This document shows, in pieces, positions 8,705-15,693 of a stretch of 15,799 nucleotides of DNA (within the stretch, counting starts at the first letter, position 1; each line of letters opens with the position of its first letter). The notes under the pieces were generated by a model. The model was not told where the DNA came from and did not search any database. It saw only the letters and a program-made list of their open reading frames with translations. Origin of the DNA: a bacterium (GTDB lineage: Bacteria; Babelota; Babeliae; Babelales; RVW-14); assembly GCA_043822925.1 (NCBI GenBank), contig JBDRBF010000058.1, forward strand, positions 1 to 15,799, read 5' to 3'. A program made the position numbers and the translations under genes.

Positions 8705-8900
8705 GTCCTTTATGAGTTTAGCCGAATAAATAAAACGTTTTGCCAGTATATTACAGAAAATAATCTTCTCAGGAAACATAAATAAACAAAAACAGACTTT
8801 TGTACCAATAAAAAAACACAAAAATAAGATTTTACTCAATTTTAACGTTTTTTATGATAGCCTACTTATATCAATCTATTTGAAATTGGGATGCAAAATT

Positions 8901-9143
8901 ATGAGTCCAACGGTTTTTAGATATAAAAAATATCGATTTTTCTTCTTTTCTCGTGAAGAAGACAGGATACACATCCATGTCGCATCACCTGACGGGGAAG
9001 CAAAATTTTGGATCGAGCCGCTTGTGGCGCTTGCAGATTATCATGGACTCTCTGAGCGTCAACTAAGAGAGCTTGAAAAGGTAGTAAAAAATCATGCCAA
9101 AGAAATCACAGAAGCCTGGAAAAAGCACGGTCACTCCAGTTGA
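8901..9143 (+). CDS. DUF4160 domain protein (putative toxin of a DUF4160/DUF2442 pair)
   Basis: MSPTVFRYKKYRFFFFSREEDRIHIHV...GEAKFWIEP...EAW signature. ATG at 8901. Confidence 0.88.
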   Translation: MSPTVFRYKKYRFFFFSREEDRIHIHVASPDGEAKFWIEPLVALADYHGLSERQLRELEKVVKNHAKEITEAWKKHGHSS

Positions 9144-9363
9144 GATAAATATTATTTCTAAAGAAGGATTTTGGATTTCTGTTCATAAACAGGAATATTT
9201 TCTTCCATTCTCAGAATATCCATGGTTTCGCAAAGCAACGATTGAACAAATCTATGAATTACAACTGCTTCATGAAAAACATCTTTATTGGCCAACATTA
9301 GATGTTGACCTTGAAGTAAGTTCTCTCAAAAACCCAGAAGCCTACCCACTAAAATTCTCATAA
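9094..9363 (+). CDS. DUF2442 domain protein (putative antitoxin)
   Basis: EYFLPFSEYPWFRKAT...LYWPTLDVDL...PEAYPL signature. Overlaps the DUF4160 gene by 50 nt. Confidence 0.88.
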   Translation: MPKKSQKPGKSTVTPVEINIISKEGFWISVHKQEYFLPFSEYPWFRKATIEQIYELQLLHEKHLYWPTLDVDLEVSSLKNPEAYPLKFS

Positions 9364-9482
9364 ATCTTAATCTCTATGCAAAAACAGGCTTTTGGGCCAT
9401 AAAAAAACCAAACGCTCCCCATAAAAGCCCAAAAAATTACCCATATTTTAAATAGCACTTTTCTCTTTGAATAAAAAACCCA

Positions 9483-9510
9483 TTGACTTTAGCGCGCAAT
9501 TTGCTAAATT
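9483..9510 (+). promoter_or_regulatory. Putative sigma70 promoter driving the tandem-attenuator leader
   Basis: TTGACT (9483-9488), 16-nt spacer, TAAATT (9505-9510) preceded by a TGn extended -10. Confidence 0.5.
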
Positions 9511-9516
9511 TATTCT

Positions 9517-9537
9517 ATCTGATAATTAATATCAGAT
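9517..9537. promoter_or_regulatory. Inverted repeat at the predicted transcription start (operator-like or 5' hairpin)
   Basis: ATCTGATA-ATTAA-TATCAGAT: perfect 8-bp arms with a 5-nt spacer. Confidence 0.45.
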
Positions 9538-9592
9538 TAAAAGTACGCAGGAACTTAGTGGGTCTATATCGTAGGAAAAACAGGAAAGAATC

Positions 9593-9742
9593 GTGAAAAC
9601 AAGCATGAACCATATATCTGGTACACACGCAAGCACAATTGCTTCGATGAACGTCGAACAATTGAATGGCTTGCTTTTTGCTTTTTTTGGATTCTTATTA
9701 CTTATGTTTTTTACATATTTACCCAGGGTTTATGCCTATTAA
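9593..9742 (+). CDS. Leader peptide 1 (Phe/Leu-rich), putative attenuator peptide
   Basis: GTG start after AGGAAAG, with in-frame ATGs at 9605 and 9647. Sequence MKTSMNHISGTHASTIASMNVEQLNGLLFAFFGFLLLMFFTYLPRVYAY*. It has 6 Phe and 7 Leu in the distal half, and its 3' end CCCAGGG (9722-9728) is complementary to the downstream terminator arm. Confidence 0.65.
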   Translation: MKTSMNHISGTHASTIASMNVEQLNGLLFAFFGFLLLMFFTYLPRVYAY

Positions 9743-9772
9743 TTTAATATTAAAATAGTTTAAAGATACACC

Positions 9773-9807
9773 AAAGCCCCTGGGAAAAAACCAGGGGCTT
9801 TTTATTT
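9773..9807 (+). terminator. Intrinsic terminator of attenuator 1
   Basis: AAAGCCCCTGG / CCAGGGGCTTT 11-bp stem, 7-nt loop, TTTTTATTT tail. Confidence 0.88.
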
Positions 9808-9851
9808 AATCAGATTTTAAAGTACTTAGATTTTAAAAACGAAAGATTTAT

Positions 9852-9932
9852 ATGATGCACTCAATAGTTTCAAATTTAGCTTTAGCCCTTTTATCTGGTT
9901 TATTAACAACCAGAGGAGACCCCGCTTTGTAG
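9852..9932 (+). CDS. Leader peptide 2 (Leu-rich), putative attenuator peptide
   Basis: MMHSIVSNLALALLSGLLTTRGDPAL*: 7 Leu plus Ile and Val in 26 aa, with GAAAG upstream. Contains a 1:2 hairpin (TCTGGTT 9894-9900 / AACCAGA 9908-9914) and antiterminator segment CCAGAGG (9910-9916). Confidence 0.78.
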   Translation: MMHSIVSNLALALLSGLLTTRGDPAL

Positions 9933-9965
9933 CTACAAAATATAAAAATATAGTAGCCCAATAGT

Positions 9966-10002
9966 AAGGCCCTCTGGATAAAACCAGGGGGCCTTTTTTT
10001 TT
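9966..10002 (+). terminator. Intrinsic terminator of attenuator 2
   Basis: AAGGCCCTCTGG / CCAGGGGGCCTT 12-bp stem (one G-U), 6-nt loop, run of 9 T (9994-10002). Confidence 0.92.
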
Positions 10003-10132
10003 ACTCTTTTTTAATTTTTAAATCGAAAGGCTTTTTATGAAGAAATAAAACGCATGAACACGTAAAGAAAACTCGTACATGTAACGTAAAAAAACAGAAC
10101 TAAATTAATGGAACTAAACTATAGGAAATAAA

Positions 10133-11275
10133 ATGAACATACAGAAAAAATACAGATTCATATTTTTGTTAAGCATGGCCCTTGGCGCCAATTGTTGGTG
10201 CATGAAAGAACAAGCATACACGGAAGAATCTGGCTATCCTGTCCAAGCAATGAAACATTATAAAAAAACATTGCCCCAAATTAATGTGCCCCAGAATGAA
10301 AGCTCACATGAAGAAATCGCAACTGAAATAGCAGAATTACTCTGTAAACTCACCGCTCAAGAGAACATATCAGGAAAAGATGTTCTTATTGATAACATTA
10401 AACAGTTTGTTCGCCAGGATAGGCGCATAAAACTTGTGCTGACAAGTTTTCCACTCAAATCATCCAACACCACGACAAAAACACTCACGGAAACTTTTGA
10501 TTTTGCTGATTATATCGGTTTGTACACGCTCAACCATATATGCAAACAAATAAAACGCATATATGACCCTGGGGCGAGAATACACATATATTCACGTGAG
10601 GTGCAAACAGACTATGCAAACAAAGTCACACAAAAATACTTTAACATAGACATATTCCCGGAAGAAGCCCGGCGGAAATATCAGCGGCGCCTGAAATTAA
10701 TTATTAAGCATTGCTTCAGTCAACACCTGGAACTTGAGACTGTTGACGAAGAAATAGCTATACAAAACTATGAGCAGGTCGCCAAGGCTTACAGTCTTGC
10801 AAGACAAGGCCAGGGCCTAAAGGATTACCTTGATAGAAAAATATTTTGGGAAGAAGATCTCTGTTGGCTTCGAGAGACCAATCCAAAAACCTACTCAAAG
10901 AGCAAAATAGAGAAGTGTGCTAAAGACATAGCCAAATGCATGATCATTGGGTCTGAAGCAATGAAGCAAACAGTAAACCAATTACTTGAGGAGAAAATGT
11001 ACATCAAGCTATCAATGCACCCGGACAACGAGGTAAACAATCACATAGGCTTTTCGCTTGTGTATGGAGCCATAGGAGCCCCTTGGCACAATGTCGTTGC
11101 TTTTGATGATGATCAACTTGTTTATGGACACCGTGATGACATAGAAAAACATGTCCAACAGAAATGTAAACTCAGCGATATGCAAGCAAAAAAAGCAACA
11201 AGCTGTTTGGTGAGAAAATGGAACCCACCAAGCTGTGAGTTTGAACTTGAATACGTAGATGTTACAAACGATTAA
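10133..11275 (+). CDS. Divergent isocyanide (isonitrile) synthase family protein (PvcA/IsnA/Dit1-like) with signal peptide
   Basis: LTSFPLKSSN (cf. LPAFPxKSPN), ICKQIKRIYDPGARIHIYS (cf. IYxPGAxIxIxSDG), IKLSMHP (cf. IRLSIHP), APWHNVV (cf. TPWHxV). AGGA RBS and hydrophobic N-terminus. Confidence 0.78.
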   Translation: MNIQKKYRFIFLLSMALGANCWCMKEQAYTEESGYPVQAMKHYKKTLPQINVPQNESSHEEIATEIAELLCKLTAQENISGKDVLIDNIKQFVRQDRRIKLVLTSFPLKSSNTTTKTLTETFDFADYIGLYTLNHICKQIKRIYDPGARIHIYSREVQTDYANKVTQKYFNIDIFPEEARRKYQRRLKLIIKHCFSQHLELETVDEEIAIQNYEQVAKAYSLARQGQGLKDYLDRKIFWEEDLCWLRETNPKTYSKSKIEKCAKDIAKCMIIGSEAMKQTVNQLLEEKMYIKLSMHPDNEVNNHIGFSLVYGAIGAPWHNVVAFDDDQLVYGHRDDIEKHVQQKCKLSDMQAKKATSCLVRKWNPPSCEFELEYVDVTND

Positions 11276-11294
11276 GCACTCTAGAAAAAAACAC

Positions 11295-11334
11295 GCCACC
11301 AGCCCCGATGTACTCCCTTTACGGGGTTGGCGGC
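11295..11334. other. GC-rich intergenic stem-loop between the isocyanide synthase homolog and brnQ
   Basis: GCCACCAGCCCCG / CGGGGTTGGCGGC with a 14-nt loop. No U-tract on the + strand, only an A-run upstream. Confidence 0.6.
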
Positions 11335-11413
11335 ACAAAAACAACAAGAAAAGCGCCTGACGTTAATATAAATTAACGAACTTATTAACTTAATTAACTA
11401 TAGAAGGGTGATT

Positions 11414-12589
11414 ATGAAAAAATCACAAATAATTTCAGTCGGAATGGCCATGTTCGCCATGCTCTTTGGCGCAGGAAACATTGTATTCCCACTTGTCCTT
11501 GGACGAGATATGGGGGACATGCTTTGGTTTGGACTTTTAGGTTTTACCATTACTGCGATTGTAGTACCAATTCTTGGCCTCGTTTCAATAATGCTCTGCG
11601 ATGGACAATATGATCTATTTTTAGGCCGTCTTGGAAAAATCCCAGGAGCTATAATTGCGACTATATGTATGATCGTTATCGGGCCTTTTGCTATCACGCC
11701 CCGCTGCATCGTCATTTCTCACGCAGGAATTAAACCATATATGCCACAATTCACACTACTCTACTTTAGTATATTTTGCGCGGCGCTTATTTATGCTTTC
11801 ACCAGAAAACAAAACTCAGTAATCGACATAATTGGTAAATTTCTGGCCCCACTTAAAATAATTTTACTTCTCGTTCTTATTGTTGTCGGCTTTATGTTTC
11901 CAGCAGCTTTTCTTACCGTGTCTATGTCCTCTGGACAAGGTTTCACTACCGGATTAACAACCGGATTCGGCACCGGAGACTTGCTTGGTACTATCTTTTT
12001 CTCAGCACTTATCTTATCTGGCATAAGAAAAAGCATAGCTGATGCTGGACACATTGCCCCAAAAACGCTCGCAATAAAAGGCCTACAATCTGGCCTTATT
12101 GGAGCTTTACTTCTTGGGTTTATGTACACCGGCTTTTGCGTTGTAGCCGCATTTCATGGAGCAAAACTCGCAGGAGTCCAAGATGGTGACATCTTTAGCA
12201 AACTTGCAAATTTGGTCTTGGGCAGTATTGGTGGCCTGATGGCAAACATCACCGTTGGGGTAGCCTGTCTGGTAACCGCCGTTGCATTAACAACAGTTTT
12301 TGCCGACTTTCTGCAACGCATAATACTAAAAGAAAAAATCAGTTATCACACCTGCTTGCTCATCACTATCGCAATTACAACCATCATGTCAAACCTGGGC
12401 TTTGCACGCATCATGCAAATTGCTGGACCAATTCTGGATATTTTATATCCAGGACTAATCGTGCTTGCTATCGTAAACATCGCTCATGTTCTATTTGGTT
12501 TCAAATGGATCAAGGCGCCTGTCTTTGCAACATTTGCTATCACGATTGTTATACAATACTGGGATACTTTTCAGGCATTAATCAAATAA
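11414..12589 (+). CDS. brnQ: Branched-chain amino acid:cation symporter (LIVCS family)
   Basis: GMAMFAMLFGAGNIVFP signature, IGPFAITPR, IDIIGKFLAP, ACLVTAVAL, ILYP and about 11-12 hydrophobic segments. ATG at 11414 (or GTG at 11408) follows AAGGG. Confidence 0.93.
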   Translation: MKKSQIISVGMAMFAMLFGAGNIVFPLVLGRDMGDMLWFGLLGFTITAIVVPILGLVSIMLCDGQYDLFLGRLGKIPGAIIATICMIVIGPFAITPRCIVISHAGIKPYMPQFTLLYFSIFCAALIYAFTRKQNSVIDIIGKFLAPLKIILLLVLIVVGFMFPAAFLTVSMSSGQGFTTGLTTGFGTGDLLGTIFFSALILSGIRKSIADAGHIAPKTLAIKGLQSGLIGALLLGFMYTGFCVVAAFHGAKLAGVQDGDIFSKLANLVLGSIGGLMANITVGVACLVTAVALTTVFADFLQRIILKEKISYHTCLLITIAITTIMSNLGFARIMQIAGPILDILYPGLIVLAIVNIAHVLFGFKWIKAPVFATFAITIVIQYWDTFQALIK

Positions 12590-12628
12590 ATTAAGTGAAT
12601 CAGGAAATTAAAAAATCTTAAAAAAAAC

Positions 12629-12666
12629 GATAGGCTCTCCCTGACGTAATAAAAGGAGAGCCTATC
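12629..12666. terminator. Stem-loop downstream of brnQ (U-tract only on the minus strand)
   Basis: GATAGGCTCTCC / GGAGAGCCTATC perfect 12-bp stem, 14-nt loop, preceded by an A-run. Confidence 0.65.
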
Positions 12667-12729
12667 ATGAGACATATAGCATATATACTGTTTTGTTGAT
12701 AATTTTGTGAAGATGATTGATAAAAAAAT

Positions 12730-12954
12730 ATGAAAACTTCAAAAATAAACACAAAAGCGGTCCGGCACGCGATGCACGCTATACCAGCTACGTCTGCTAT
12801 ACAGCGCTACTCAGAACACAAGCATCAGCAATGGGACCCAATGCCATGCAATCTATTACAAAAAACGTACCTAACGATCTTTTACTTGTATGCCCTGGGC
12901 TTGTTTATAGACGCGATTGTATTAACCGGCTGCACACTGGTGAGCCTCATCTGA
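12730..12954 (+). CDS. Small hypothetical protein with C-terminal hydrophobic segment
   Basis: 74-aa ATG ORF filling the intergenic gap, with a TM-like C-terminus. No clear RBS or family motif. Confidence 0.3.
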   Translation: MKTSKINTKAVRHAMHAIPATSAIQRYSEHKHQQWDPMPCNLLQKTYLTIFYLYALGLFIDAIVLTGCTLVSLI

Positions 12955-12990
12955 TAGATTTATAGCGCGTACACAAAACAAAAAAATTTA

Positions 12991-13413
12991 TTAGCACGAG
13001 CGACGTTTTGGCTTGCCAAAAAAGTTCGGGCTACGCGTAACCCGAGCTGAACGGCCGTGCTTTTTTAAATATTGAAAAAACGCCTGAGCCAACGATATCT
13101 TGAGTTTTTTCATCTTATTTTCGTCAATCTCTAATTGTTCAAGCAAAACCCCAAGGCATCTAGACAGCACTGTCTGCAACGATGCCTCTTCACCATCAAA
13201 GCCGAACTGCGCAGCCATAAGCTGAGTAACAAAACTTTGTAACGCTTTAGGGTTTTCAATTTTATGCTGCGCCAAAACTACTTCTGTGATTTCTTTTAAT
13301 TCAGATCTTTGTTGCGCTTTAATCAGAGAGTTGGCATTGAGGCTCATACAAAAAAGCATTACGAACAAAAACTTTAAAATAACTAATTTACGACTAAAAG
13401 AACGCACGCGCAT
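12991..13413 (-). CDS. Hypothetical secreted protein with basic C-terminal tail
   Basis: Strong AGGAGG RBS upstream, signal-peptide-like N-terminus ending SLNA, C-terminus KPKRRSC. Confidence 0.75.
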   Translation of the reverse strand: MRVRSFSRKLVILKFLFVMLFCMSLNANSLIKAQQRSELKEITEVVLAQHKIENPKALQSFVTQLMAAQFGFDGEEASLQTVLSRCLGVLLEQLEIDENKMKKLKISLAQAFFQYLKKHGRSARVTRSPNFFGKPKRRSC

Positions 13414-13645
13414 AAGATAACCTCCTATTAAATTTCTTCACCATAAATCGCAAAACAAACGTTATTTGAACAGGAAGCTTAAACCTAAAAAACAAAACTG
13501 TAACCCTTTTGCTCTATAAAAAGCCCATTTTTGAAATTTTCCCAAAAAACTTGGTAGGTTAGCGTTTTTGAGATATCCTGTATATCTACATAAAAGTGTT
13601 CTATTTTTGGGTCCCATTATTAAGAGCTTTAGCAAGGGACGTATT

Positions 13646-14926
13646 ATGAAAGTCTCATTTCTTCTCATCTAAATAATATCAGCACAAGCGGGCACTTGCC
13701 TATATGCTCATATTTTTCGATTAAAAAATAATAAAAACAAACGTGCCCTGCACGCAATCACATTTTACAGAGTGTTTCATACACCCAAAGCGTGTATACG
13801 CACGTCTAACGAAAGTACAAATATGCCTCATAAAGAAAAAATGCACCTCAGAAGAGCAACCAAGCTAAAACGTCCACAAGAACCAACACGTCCATACCCA
13901 TATCATGAAGAAGAAGTAAGCTTTGAAAATAAAACAGCAAGAATTACACTTTCTGGAACTTTAACAAAGCCAACTGGTACTGGGCCATTTCCAGCCGTTC
14001 TATTAATTGCTGGCATGGGGCCAAATGACCGCGACTACAATAACTGTAATCATAAAATATTTTTGGTACTTGCAGATCACCTGACGCGCAATAATATTGC
14101 CGTCCTGCGTTATGATAAACGGGGCACAGGCGCATCAACAGGAACATATGACACAACGATAACAAGCCAAGATTTTGCAGACGATGCACATGCTGGACTT
14201 GATTACTTAAAAACACGCCCTGACATAACACAAAATCAAATAGGCCTGATTGGACACTCTGAAGGCGGCATGATCGCATCTATGATTACTGCAAGCTCAA
14301 AAGATATTGCATTTCTCGTCATAATGGCAGGAGCAACAATAACATCTATCGATAACATCGTTGAGCAAACGGGTTTACAATTGCGCGCTGATGGTGCAAG
14401 TGATGCGCTAATTACACAAGACCGCGCGCTACGAAAACAAATTCTGACAATCGTAATACAAGAAACAAATAACGATAGCGCTCTAAAAAACATGCTTAAA
14501 ACAGTTACCAACTATTGGACAGAATTGCCTGAACCGCTCAAAAAAGAATCATCAAAACATGTATTCACTTTTACACAGGCAAGAGCTGAAACTATGATCA
14601 ATTTGTTTAATTCCCCATGGTATCGTTTTTTCCTCAATCACAATCCAATTGAAACGCTTAAAAAAATAACCATACCGGTACTTGTACTTAACGGCGACAA
14701 AGACTGGATTACGCATGCAAAAATGCTCACAACTATTAATAATACGCTCAAAGACGCTGGCAACCGTGATTATAAAACAATAGAACTACCCGATCTTAAT
14801 CATCAATTCAGAACCTGCCAAACAGGCGCAATCAAAAAATATGCTATGATCGAAGAGACGATAGCACCGGTAGTTTTAAATATAATCTCAGACTGGATCT
14901 TAGAGCGAACGATTAATAAAAAGTAA
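13646..14926 (+). pseudogene. Alpha/beta hydrolase (serine aminopeptidase/esterase-like) with an in-frame stop in the signal-peptide region. The catalytic domain ORF 13772/13822-14926 is intact.
   Basis: GHSEGG nucleophile elbow, NGDKD acid, LNH histidine, RPQEPTRPYPYHEEEV N-terminal motif. ATG 13646 (AAGGGA RBS) is in frame but interrupted by TAA at 13670-13672. Confidence 0.65.
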
Positions 14927-14939
14927 CAAAAGAAACATA

Positions 14940-14985
14940 TATGCAAGACGATGCCACAACTAAGCAAACGGCATCGTCTTGCATA
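14940..14985. other. Perfect 16-bp intergenic inverted repeat
   Basis: TATGCAAGACGATGCC / GGCATCGTCTTGCATA with a 14-nt loop and no U-tract on the + strand. Confidence 0.7.
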
Positions 14986-15007
14986 AAACCCAAATAAAGG
15001 AGAAAAC

Positions 15008-15679
15008 ATGGCATTGTTAAGGTATTTAGCTTATGGATTAAGCTTGATAACTATAATTTTTTTTATAGGAGCATGTATGAACAAATCTTCTCGATCATCT
15101 GGCACAGTGATAATAATAAACGGCCCATCTTCAGTCGGAAAATCAAGTATTATCAAAGCATTTCAAGCCAAACAAAATGCTCTGTGGCTATCAATTGGAA
15201 TAGATAATTTTTTTGTCGGTGTTTTGCCCCCAAAGTTTTATTTAGAACGTACACCAGAACATTGGCCAGTCATGCAGGGTATTGCATCAGAAGACAAAGA
15301 CGGTAAATTATTTACACTTAATATCGGCCCAGAAGGCAAAAAAGTTATTCAGGGCATGCATCGCGCAATCGCTGCATATGCACATGCCGGCAACAATGTT
15401 ATTGTTGATTACATAAAGTACGAACAAGCATGGCTACCAGATCTTCAAGATACTTTACATGATATAAACGTTATTTGGATTGGAGTTACTGCATCACTAG
15501 AAACAATACAACAACGCGAAAAAACACGTAAAACATCGCCTGAAGGGCATGCCCGCAGCCATTATCATACAGTTCACCAAGGCATAACGTATGATTTGAT
15601 GTTAAACACTGACTCTTTAACGGCTGACCAGGCTGCTGAACAAATTATTAACTTTATGACAAAACAAAAAACAAAATAA
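15008..15679 (+). CDS. Chloramphenicol phosphotransferase (CPT)-like P-loop kinase with N-terminal lipoprotein-like signal
   Basis: IIINGPSSVGKSS Walker A, GIDNF, AGNNVIVD, QREKTR lid, YDLMLNT. AGGAG RBS and FFIGAC lipobox-like motif. Confidence 0.85.
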   Translation: MALLRYLAYGLSLITIIFFIGACMNKSSRSSGTVIIINGPSSVGKSSIIKAFQAKQNALWLSIGIDNFFVGVLPPKFYLERTPEHWPVMQGIASEDKDGKLFTLNIGPEGKKVIQGMHRAIAAYAHAGNNVIVDYIKYEQAWLPDLQDTLHDINVIWIGVTASLETIQQREKTRKTSPEGHARSHYHTVHQGITYDLMLNTDSLTADQAAEQIINFMTKQKTK

Positions 15680-15693
15680 AGATAGGTACAAAT

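Noticed and set aside
8388-8729. 113-aa + strand ORF and other short ORFs antisense to or nested in long genes (for example 219-449, 11012-11347, 11398-11715, 11791-12129, 13944-14279, 14236-14511)
   Set aside because: Shadow ORFs overlapping well-supported genes, with no RBS or family motifs.
9593-9742. Type I toxin or small membrane protein interpretation of leader ORF1
   Set aside because: Not fully excluded because the peptide is hydrophobic. However, its 3' end is complementary to the terminator arm exactly as in unit 2, and no antisense RNA unit is evident.
9540-10010. T-box riboswitch, tRNA or CRISPR array explaining the repeated hairpins
   Set aside because: No T-box consensus (AAGGTGGTACC-like), no cloverleaf and no regularly spaced identical repeats. 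Leader ORFs with antiterminator pairing explain the structure better.
12717-12965. 82-aa alternative-frame ORF, and the shared MKTS N-terminus between ORF 12730 and leader ORF1
   Set aside because: TTG start without an RBS. The four-residue match has no further similarity and is likely chance.
13462-13668. 68-aa minus-strand ORF
   Set aside because: It lies across a divergent promoter region, overlaps the hydrolase's likely true start and has no recognisable features.
15008-15679. Bona fide chloramphenicol resistance gene
   Set aside because: CPT-like kinases are a broad family, and the substrate cannot be inferred from motifs alone.
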